In this document: in pieces, positions 23,622-30,767 of the stretch
How the letters are laid out: each line of letters begins with the position of its first letter
How positions within the stretch are numbered: position 1 is the stretch's first letter
DNA from: Marispirochaeta sp.
Lineage (GTDB): Bacteria; Spirochaetota; Spirochaetia; JC444; Marispirochaetaceae
Assembly: GCA_963676835.2 (NCBI GenBank)
Contig: CAXXFF010000002.1
Span: forward strand, 1,440,001 to 1,504,000
Direction of reading: 5' to 3'
DNA length: 64,000 nt
The notes under the pieces: model-generated
Told to the model about the DNA's origin: nothing
Databases searched by the model: none
Seen by the model: only the letters and a program-made list of their open reading frames with translations
Position numbers and translations under genes: made by a program

Positions 23622-24683
23622 ATGAAAAAATCAAAAACTCTCTCTTCTCTTTTTCTATTGGTATTGTGTTCGCTCATTTCTTTTTTCTCGTGTGAATCCG
23701 GTTCTGCAGGGTCCGAAAGTTCCGGCCCCAGAATCATCTTTGTAGGCACCGATGTTGTCTATGATGCTGTTGAAGACGATGACATAGGCTATGCCGGGTA
23801 CTGGGAAAACGGCAGTAGAACCAATTACTCCGAAGAAAATGTAGAGGCTTCCTGTGCCTTGTACACTGGTGGTTCAATTTATGCAGCCGGGATTAAGTAT
23901 TATAATGGCAGTGATGAGCGGGCTTGCTACTGGGTTGACGGTGTACTTACCCTGCTTGAGTCGATTCCTGATCCTGAAAATGATGCGACCCTCTCTTTTA
24001 CCGCTACTGCCCGGGACTTTGATGGTTCAGCATACGTAGCCGGAGGGATGGGCTACGGAACATCTACAGGGGTTGCCTGCTACTGGGTAGATGGTGTTCG
24101 TACAAAACTCGAAAGTGCCGGGAATGATGGGCTCTTCCTCTCTGATGTTATTGTATACGATGGAGATGTGTATGCATTCGGCTGTTTCTATGATGAAGGT
24201 GATAAAAGCGGTTACTGGAAGAACGGAGTCCGGGGTGATCTTTTAACGGAAGCAGACACCTGGGGTTCCGGGTTTGCGCTGCGGCCCTGCACTGTTGATG
24301 GTTCAATGCTCTATATGCCTTGTGAGAACGGTTACTTCGTTTTTGACATGTCAAACGACACTTACAGCTTTACAGAAGTTGCCGATGCTCACTATCTCAG
24401 CCGGGTCAAGAATATTTCCGGTCATATTTACGCCGTTGGTACCAACAGTACTGCCGGTAACGGCGATATGGCCTGTCTCTGGATAGATGGTGTAGAAGAA
24501 TTCGAGGAGACCACAAAATCGGAAGCCTATGATGTGGCCCTTGTTGATGATGTTGTCTATGTCTGCGGAGTATATAAAAATGATGATGATGACGAAACAG
24601 CCTGCTACTGGAAAGACGGGGTACGGGTATCCTTGACAGATACCTTGTATACCGAAGCAACATCCATTCTGGTTATTGAATAA
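23622..24683 (+). CDS. Lipoprotein with repeated ACYW-x-(D/N)G blades (beta-propeller)
   Basis: Lipobox FFSC and about six YW(K/V/E)(D/N)G repeats. Confidence 0.75.
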   Translation: MKKSKTLSSLFLLVLCSLISFFSCESGSAGSESSGPRIIFVGTDVVYDAVEDDDIGYAGYWENGSRTNYSEENVEASCALYTGGSIYAAGIKYYNGSDERACYWVDGVLTLLESIPDPENDATLSFTATARDFDGSAYVAGGMGYGTSTGVACYWVDGVRTKLESAGNDGLFLSDVIVYDGDVYAFGCFYDEGDKSGYWKNGVRGDLLTEADTWGSGFALRPCTVDGSMLYMPCENGYFVFDMSNDTYSFTEVADAHYLSRVKNISGHIYAVGTNSTAGNGDMACLWIDGVEEFEETTKSEAYDVALVDDVVYVCGVYKNDDDDETACYWKDGVRVSLTDTLYTEATSILVIE

Positions 24684-24693
24684 TCATGTTTTT

Positions 24694-24737
24694 ACAGATG
24701 AGGGGGCTCTGTTGTTGGAGTCCTTCATCTGTTTTTT
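24694..24737. terminator. Intrinsic terminator between convergent genes
   Basis: ACAGATGAGGGGGCTC...GGAGTCCTTCATCTGT followed by a T-run. Confidence 0.75.
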
Positions 24738-25214
24738 CTATGGAATGGCTGTAATATCCGCTAGTGTTCCTTCACAAAGGGGCAGCAGATACTGTACAGC
24801 CATTTCAAGCTGAATGCCGATTTGGCCGCCGCTGAATACTATTGTGTCAAACAGTTCGGCGGATTCATCAATAAATGTGGGAAACAGTTTTTTCATTCCT
24901 AAAGGAGAACAGCCGCCGCGGATATACCCGGTGGTTGGAAGCAGATCCTTTACAGGGATCATCTCTATTTTCTTGTGACCCGCTGCAGCAGCAGCCTTTT
25001 TAAGGTCCAGCTCCTCTGCCACTGGAATAACGAAGACCGCATATTCCCCGCCTGAACTCCGGGTAACCAGGGTTTTAAAAACCCTATCCGGTTCAACACC
25101 GATTTTCCCTGCGGCAGATATTCCGTCAACGGCGCCGTCGGCAGCATCATATGTATGGGTTTTGTAGGTAATCTTCTTCTGATCCAGAACCCGCATTGCA
25201 TTTGTCTTTTTCAA
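24738..25214 (-). CDS. ybaK: Cys-tRNA(Pro) deacylase
   Basis: KTNAMRVL, VFKTL, TGYIRGGCSPLG, SGG motifs. Confidence 0.92.
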   Translation of the reverse strand: MKKTNAMRVLDQKKITYKTHTYDAADGAVDGISAAGKIGVEPDRVFKTLVTRSSGGEYAVFVIPVAEELDLKKAAAAAGHKKIEMIPVKDLLPTTGYIRGGCSPLGMKKLFPTFIDESAELFDTIVFSGGQIGIQLEMAVQYLLPLCEGTLADITAIP

Positions 25215-25235
25215 TGGTTTTCTCAGGTTGTCATT

Positions 25236-25496
25236 TTATTTATCAGAATAGTGGAATCGGCACTGAATAATGGTAATTGAATCATCATCGTAAGTGTAAA
25301 CCAATACATCTTTCTTGTTGATATGCCGGGAGAAGTAACCTGAAAGGTCACCCTTTAAGGATTCGGCTCCTTCTTCCGGCGTTCGTCGTGCTGCCTTTAT
25401 TAAATTATTAATCTTCTTAAGTGTTTTGCGGTCCTGGCTTTGCCAATATTCATAATCTTCCCATGCAGACTCATGCCAGTTGACCCCTCTACTCAT
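25236..25496 (-). CDS. yoeB: Txe/YoeB toxin (divergent)
   Basis: AWEDYEYWQ...DRKTLKKIN...CRFHY. Confidence 0.88.
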   Translation of the reverse strand: MSRGVNWHESAWEDYEYWQSQDRKTLKKINNLIKAARRTPEEGAESLKGDLSGYFSRHINKKDVLVYTYDDDSITIIQCRFHYSDK

Positions 25497-25743
25497 CTAT
25501 AGGGTCTCGCTTGATAACTCTCCCGGCCTTAACATCTTCAACGGCCTTCAGCAGGCGGCTGGCGTTCTCAGGTGTACTAAGCAGGTGGTTGGTGGTTGTC
25601 CAGCCATTGTAATCTGCAAGGGACATCACCACTACATCCCTGCCTTCCTTTGAGGTGATGACAGTTTCTATAGAGGTATCTACAACGTCATCAATCAGTT
25701 GCCTGAGATTGTTCCGCGCATTGGTATAGGTTGTTATTCTCAT
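25489..25743 (-). CDS. yefM: YefM/Phd antitoxin
   Basis: YTNARNNL...VVVMSLADY...HLLSTPENA. Confidence 0.9.
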   Translation of the reverse strand: MRITTYTNARNNLRQLIDDVVDTSIETVITSKEGRDVVVMSLADYNGWTTTNHLLSTPENASRLLKAVEDVKAGRVIKRDPIDE

Positions 25744-25770
25744 GACATCCTCCTATTGCAATATACCGTA

Positions 25771-25800
25771 TGTTCAGGATTCTGTACAGCTTTCTGTGTA
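25771..25800. promoter_or_regulatory. YefM-type operator
   Basis: TGTTCA/TGTACA/TGTGTA at a 12-bp period, matching the TGTACA core and 12-bp spacing known for yefM-yoeB operators. Confidence 0.6.
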
Positions 25801-25814
25801 GGATGTTCCCCTAT

Positions 25815-26088
25815 TCATTCTCCAGACTTATTCTGTTCGGCTATCCTTTCTATCCTCTTCGCGTAGGATAAGTTGAGGATTTCTGCCACAGGAATAAATT
25901 CCCATATCGTGAGTCCGGGGAAGGGGGGGGACGTGTTCAATAAGTAGGGCTTTGGTCGACTTTTCTGCTGATTGCTGGCAGTGGTAGTTGATAACTTTAA
26001 ATGGGGGTTTATGGCTTTCAGCGAGTAATCTTGCCGCATACAAATCATGTTCGGCATATTCGAGCCGTTCCCTGGTTAGCGCCTTCAT
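25815..26088 (-). pseudogene. HEPN-domain gene, frameshifted/truncated
   Basis: AEHDLYAA...YHCQQSAEK...KALL...PRTHD HEPN motifs, then loss of frame. A C-terminal-like helix lies in another frame. Confidence 0.7.
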
Positions 26089-26234
26089 TATACCGCAATT
26101 CCCTCTGCCGCGATTATATGTTCCAATGATCCATTTTCCAGGCTCCGGGAGACGTAATCAGGTTCGGAGAGGACAAATATATCCATGGCCATGGAAAGGT
26201 ACTTTCTGGCTTCATAGACAGAATATGTGAGATT
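26088..26234 (-). pseudogene. C-terminal remnant of minimal nucleotidyltransferase (MNT)
   Basis: Hand translation ...MAMDIFVLSEPDY...LEHIIAAEGIAV* abuts the HEPN start. The N-terminal GS catalytic motif is absent. Confidence 0.5.
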
Positions 26235-26420
26235 TTATAGCATCTACTATCGAGATCGGGGTAAAAGGAGGGCATTTTATTGAAAACTCCTTACGTAAAT
26301 AACGTTTCTATAAATAAAGAACCGTTGTATAAGGAGTTTGCTTCAGGGTGTCTGCAGGGATTTCGACAGTAGTTTAACTGAAATTTAATATGGCAAAATA
26401 ATTAGAAATATGGAGTTAAT

Positions 26421-27422
26421 ATGATTTACCGAAGTTTTATTTTGACAGTCATTTGTATCAGTACCTTATTAACGGCATGCACAGGCGGGTCTACCTCAGA
26501 TTCAGGATCAGCGGTAAAAGATCAAATAATGCTTGTTTCAGGAAATTGGGGCGATGAATCTCTTATAATTACCGACGATATCCTGGGATATGATGATGGA
26601 GATACCGCTTCAACCCGTGCTATCATCGGAGATCAGACAACAATATCCAATCCAGATATTGATTCAGTTGCTGTAGATAAAAACAGGGCTGTTATATACC
26701 TTAGCGATGCAGGTACCGATGAAATCAGTGTTTTTGAGAATATGGGATCTGCTGAAGGAAATATTGCACCCGACAGGACAATCAGTATTTCAGGTGAGAC
26801 CTTCAGGGCAGGGCTAGCAGTTGACTCAGAAAGAGATATCCTTTATGCCGCAGATGCCACTTCAAAAATCTGGATAATAAAGAATGCAAGTACCCTGGAC
26901 GGGGATGTAACGCCGGATGCAGTACTGTCCTATGATGTTATGTCGTTATTCATTGACGAGACAAACAACAGGCTCTACGCGGGAGCGGATTACTCCGCTG
27001 GAAATAAAATATATGTATTTGATGGGGCAAGTGCCCTTGCTACAGGTGCAGCGGCAGACAGAACAATGACTTTTTCTGACAATTTTGATCCTACCGGAAT
27101 ATGGGTAGATTCTCAGTCAAACAGGCTTTATACATGCGATAATGTTGACAGCGGAGATGGAAATAACCTTTTTGCTTATGAAAACGCGTCTACTATGGAC
27201 GGGGCATATAATGTTGATACCGATTCTGTAGCAAGAATAGAGGCGCAGTGTATTTCGTTGATGGTCGACTGCTTTGACAATCTTTATGCATGGCCGGGCA
27301 GTGCAACCTATGTAAGGATTTATTCCAATGCAAGCAGCCTCAGCGGAGACATTACCGGGCCAGACCGAACTATCTACGGTGTTGTAAACAATGGCTACGG
27401 CATGGATTATCTTGCGTACTGA
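26421..27422 (+). CDS. Lipoprotein, NHL/YVTN-like beta-propeller
   Basis: Lipobox LTAC and repeated V/I-D-x-x-x-x-x-LY...I-x-V-F...A-S-x-L-x-G...PDRTI units. Confidence 0.75.
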   Translation: MIYRSFILTVICISTLLTACTGGSTSDSGSAVKDQIMLVSGNWGDESLIITDDILGYDDGDTASTRAIIGDQTTISNPDIDSVAVDKNRAVIYLSDAGTDEISVFENMGSAEGNIAPDRTISISGETFRAGLAVDSERDILYAADATSKIWIIKNASTLDGDVTPDAVLSYDVMSLFIDETNNRLYAGADYSAGNKIYVFDGASALATGAAADRTMTFSDNFDPTGIWVDSQSNRLYTCDNVDSGDGNNLFAYENASTMDGAYNVDTDSVARIEAQCISLMVDCFDNLYAWPGSATYVRIYSNASSLSGDITGPDRTIYGVVNNGYGMDYLAY

Positions 27423-27475
27423 TGTGTTTGGTTAGCATTATTACAGAATAGTTTTATAAGTGCTGATAACACGTG

Positions 27476-27510
27476 AAGGGCTGTCTTCTTGAGGAGCAGT
27501 CCTTTTTTTT
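27476..27510 (+). terminator. Intrinsic terminator
   Basis: AAGGGCTG...CAGTCCTT followed by a T-run after the lipoprotein gene. Confidence 0.65.
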
Positions 27511-27651
27511 GTATGCAGGGCGTAGGTAATCGCTTTGCGAATTCCTGCCTAGGGTTCCGGCAGTAATTCCTAAGGGAACCGCCGTGGATAGGACTCGATT
27601 CTCCGGCCTTTCAGGCCTGCGAACAACGCGATATCGCTTGCCAAGGTTCGA

Positions 27652-27708
27652 GTCCTGAGTAGGACATAAAAAAACCGAACCACTTGGGTGATTCGGTTTG
27701 CTTTAGCA
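27652..27708. repeat. 57-bp direct repeat, copy 1 (hairpin-containing, tRNA-linked)
   Basis: 53/57 identical to 30191-30247 by manual alignment. Confidence 0.9.
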
Positions 27709-27791
27709 GGCCCTTCGTAACCGTCAATTAAACCCCACCTTATGCCGACATCAATGAATGCCCTACAATCCTCCCTTAATGGAGGAATCGC

Positions 27792-28121
27792 ATGGTCAAA
27801 TATAACCGGGAACAGCAGTGTGAACATCTTAGAAATTGGGAAAAAAGCGGGTTAAGCGGGCAGGAGTATTGCCGGCAGCACGAAATACCACCCACAACGT
27901 TTTACAGCTGGAAAAAAGCCGAAAGGAAACGTGCCGTACAAACCGGAATAGGCTCTGAAACAGCAGCAGCCCGGTTCATACCAGTAAAAAGCTCTTTTCA
28001 TCATTTATCCGAAAAAGAAACCATAACCATAAAGTTGCACGATATTGTTATTACTCTGCCGGTAACAGCAAATCATGACCAGCTAAAAGCAGTATTAACA
28101 GCCTTGAGGGTTTATGAATGA
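27792..28121 (+). CDS. tnpA: IS66 accessory protein TnpA
   Basis: WEKSGLS...YCRQH...TFYSW HTH and FIPV motif. Confidence 0.88.
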   Translation: MVKYNREQQCEHLRNWEKSGLSGQEYCRQHEIPPTTFYSWKKAERKRAVQTGIGSETAAARFIPVKSSFHHLSEKETITIKLHDIVITLPVTANHDQLKAVLTALRVYE

Positions 28122-28465
28122 CCCCAGATTTATCAGCCGTACAGATATTTATCCGGCCAGGCATCACTGATATGCGTAAAGCAATCAACGGCTTAGTTGT
28201 CATGGTGCAGGACTATATGAATGAAAATCCGTTAAGCGGCAATCTGTTTCTGTTCTGCAACCGCGAACGACGAATCATGAAGGCATTGTATTGGGACCGG
28301 AATGGTTTCTGCCTGTGGCAGAAGAAACTGGAAAAGCATAAATTCCCCTGGCCCGTAACTGAAGAAGATGCTCTTGCCATTACCCCGGAACAGCTATCGA
28401 TGCTGTTGAAAGGCATCGATTTCTGGAATGAACATACTACTTTGGAATATTCCCGTGTTTCTTAA
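28118..28465 (+). CDS. tnpB: IS66 accessory protein TnpB
   Basis: TDMRKAINGL...LFLFCN...LYWDRNGFCLWQKKLE...FPWP. Confidence 0.95.
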   Translation: MTPDLSAVQIFIRPGITDMRKAINGLVVMVQDYMNENPLSGNLFLFCNRERRIMKALYWDRNGFCLWQKKLEKHKFPWPVTEEDALAITPEQLSMLLKGIDFWNEHTTLEYSRVS

Positions 28466-28527
28466 AGCATTTTAATGGTGTAAAGGAATTTACAGAGAAA
28501 GAGCTGTATGCTAGAATTTTTTTCAGT

Positions 28528-30057
28528 ATGGATGTTGCAGCCCTTCCGAAGGAAGTACAAGACTACATTCACTCTCTTGAGACAGCAAACAGTTCCTGGG
28601 AACATCGCTACGGTGCCTTGGAGGAGCAGTACAAGTTGCTTCTTCTTCAGAAATTTGGCCGTAAAAGTGAAAAAGAACAACAGGATGAGTATCAACCGCT
28701 GTTGTTCGGGCTTGAAGAGAATGGTACTTCGGAGAACGATGCATCAGAGACTTCCGTACCAGTTCAGTCCCATCCCCGCAAGAAATCCGGCAGAAAACCA
28801 ATTGATGAAAGCCTTCCCCGGGAAGAGATCATCATTGATATTCCCGAAGATGAAAAACAGTGTGCCTGCGGCCATGCGCTGGTTCGTATCGGCGAAGAGA
28901 CCAGCGAGCGCTTACAGGTAATCCCCCCGAAGATGTGGGTAGAACTGATTATCCGTCCCAAGTATGCCTGCAAGAACTGTGAAGGCTCCGGGGATGAAGA
29001 GAAGCCGGCAGTAAGGGTTGCTGCCCCCCCTGCAAGTATCATCCCTAAAAGCATTGTAACGCTTGGATTGCTCTCCTTCATCATAGTGAATAAATTTGTA
29101 GATCATCTGCCCTATTACCGGCAGGAGAAACGATTTGAGCGGATCGGCATCCACATAAGCCGTCAGAACATGAGCAACTGGCAGCAGATGACGTATGAAA
29201 AGATTGAACCTTTAATTGAGACTCTGAAAATGCATATCCGGTCAGGGCCGGTCATCAACATGGATGAAACCCCGGTCCAGGTACACGGAGAACCGGAACG
29301 CCCAGACACGGCGAAATCCTATATGTGGCTTGCCCGCGGCGGCCCTCCGGAAAACCCGGGATTGCTTTACTCATACCGGGAAACCCGCGGGTCCCGACAT
29401 ATTAAAGAACTTCTCGATGGATTCAGCGGCTTTTTACAGACTGACGGCTATGATGCGTATCGTACAGCCCTGGCGGGGAATGAACAGATAGTCCATGTCG
29501 GCTGCATGGCCCATGTTCGGCGAAAGTTTCATGAAGCTGCAAAGGCCTCGAAGAAAGCAGCAAGTGCACAGGAAGCATTGAATGCCATCAGGAAACTGTA
29601 TGGGATTGAAGAGCGTCTTCGCAGTATGGAATTGCCCGAAGACCAGTTTGTTGACCAGCGCAAATCTCAGGCGGAACCGGTTTTGCAGAAGTTTAGAACC
29701 TGGCTTGAAAAACGCAGTCAGCAGGTTCCTCCTTCGTTATTGCTTGGGAAAGCAATTCAGTACACCTTGAACGAATGGGAGAAACTGGTACACTACCTTG
29801 ATTCGCCTTATCTGACGCCGGACAACAATAGCGCGGAGCAGGCCATCCGGCCATTTGTGCTGGGCCGAAAGAACTGGTTATTTTCCGGTAGTCCAAAGGG
29901 GGCTGAAAGTTCCTGTGCCATGTATTCACTGATTGAGACAGCCAAACAAAATAATGTGAACCCGAACGACTACCTGAGACGCGTTTTTGAGGAAGCTCCA
30001 CTCATGAATGAATCTGATAACTGGGAAAAATTGCTGCCATGGAATATTTCCCTCTGA
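28528..30057 (+). CDS. tnpC: IS66 DDE transposase TnpC
   Basis: FGRKSEK, zinc finger, KFVDHLPYYRQ, DETP, QTDGY, CMAHVRRKF, DNNSAEQAIRP, LLPW. Confidence 0.97.
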   Translation: MDVAALPKEVQDYIHSLETANSSWEHRYGALEEQYKLLLLQKFGRKSEKEQQDEYQPLLFGLEENGTSENDASETSVPVQSHPRKKSGRKPIDESLPREEIIIDIPEDEKQCACGHALVRIGEETSERLQVIPPKMWVELIIRPKYACKNCEGSGDEEKPAVRVAAPPASIIPKSIVTLGLLSFIIVNKFVDHLPYYRQEKRFERIGIHISRQNMSNWQQMTYEKIEPLIETLKMHIRSGPVINMDETPVQVHGEPERPDTAKSYMWLARGGPPENPGLLYSYRETRGSRHIKELLDGFSGFLQTDGYDAYRTALAGNEQIVHVGCMAHVRRKFHEAAKASKKAASAQEALNAIRKLYGIEERLRSMELPEDQFVDQRKSQAEPVLQKFRTWLEKRSQQVPPSLLLGKAIQYTLNEWEKLVHYLDSPYLTPDNNSAEQAIRPFVLGRKNWLFSGSPKGAESSCAMYSLIETAKQNNVNPNDYLRRVFEEAPLMNESDNWEKLLPWNISL

Positions 30058-30190
30058 TTTTTTTCTCTGGGTGAGGTTTAATTGACGGTTACGGCCCTTC
30101 ATCAGCTCTCGGGCTTTTCCTCTGGAAAACCCTGCCGCAGACTTGGGCTGCAAATCCTGTATCGGATTTGCTACGGACAGGACTCTTCTC

Positions 30191-30247
30191 GTCCTGAGGA
30201 GGACATAAAAAAACCGAACCACTTTCGTGATTCGGTTTGATTTAGCA
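30191..30247. repeat. 57-bp direct repeat, copy 2
   Basis: 53/57 identical to 27652-27708. Confidence 0.9.
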
Positions 30248-30405
30248 TAAGATTAAAAATGTGTGATGAGTTGACTCGCCTTCCTCTCAGCGGCGTCGTG
30301 CCGCTTCGTTTCAGGCCGCCTCCGTTCCTAAATCGACGTCCTGTCGATTTGCGCTCCAGGTATTCGCGCCGGAACTCCGTTTCGAGTCCTGTCTTATTTT
30401 CTAAC

Positions 30406-30443
30406 AAAAAAAGCAGACCGCATGAATGCGATCTGCTTTTTTT
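30406..30443. terminator. Terminator hairpin downstream of tRNA
   Basis: AAAAAAAGCAGA-CCGCA...TGCG-A-TCTGCTTTTTTT. Confidence 0.75.
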
Positions 30444-30515
30444 AGCAGGGACAGGACTCGAACCTGCGACCTCCGGGTTATGAGCCCGACGAGCTGCCAA
30501 CTGCTCTACCCTGCG
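30443..30515 (-). tRNA. tRNA-fMet (CAT), CCA not encoded
   Basis: 73-nt cloverleaf CGCAGGG...CTCATAA...TTCGAGT...CCCTGCTA. C1:T72 mismatch and GGG/CCC anticodon stem mark an initiator tRNA. Confidence 0.96.
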
Positions 30516-30529
30516 TCGTTGTGGGATGT

Positions 30530-30558
30530 AATGTATTCTCATTCACATAAAATGTCAA
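30530..30558 (-). promoter_or_regulatory. sigma70 promoter of tRNA-fMet
   Basis: TTGACA-17-TACATT. Confidence 0.75.
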
Positions 30559-30767
30559 CCCTAAATTGTGCTGAACATTTGAATAGTGATATTTCACAAT
30601 AAAGCCTTACTGTTTTTGGCAAGTATTTACTTTTTTATGATACTATGTGAATACTATTCCACTGTTTGACAGCCGTTATTTCGGCTATTATTTTTAGAAT
30701 CAGGGCTGTCGTCCCATCCTGTATCAACAGATCCGATAGAGGGTGTCATGGGCCAGCAGGAGATACA

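Larger units (their letters stand above)
27717..30092 (+). mobile_element. IS66-family insertion sequence (2376 bp)
   Basis: Terminal IRs GTAACCGTCAATTAAACC(C/T)CACC, 8-bp target duplication GGCCCTTC (27709-27716 and 30093-30100), and tnpA-tnpB-tnpC. Confidence 0.97.

Noticed and set aside
27549..27559. CTAGGGTTCCG, resembling the ykkC/guanidine-I riboswitch start
   Set aside because: The 3' conserved elements are absent, no regulated gene lies downstream, and it sits inside a repeat insert.
28508..28921. Alternative-frame ORF in IS66 suggesting a programmed frameshift
   Set aside because: TnpC is intact in one frame and the ORF has no recognisable motif.
27511..30440. CRISPR array interpretation of the repeats
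   Set aside because: Only two close copies, units of about 200 bp, structured inserts and no cas genes.
30171..30542. 123-aa ORF
   Set aside because: Runs through the tRNA and non-coding repeats.
30584..30599. Rex/CRP-like site TAGTGA-N4-TCACAA
   Set aside because: The spacer is two bases shorter than either consensus.
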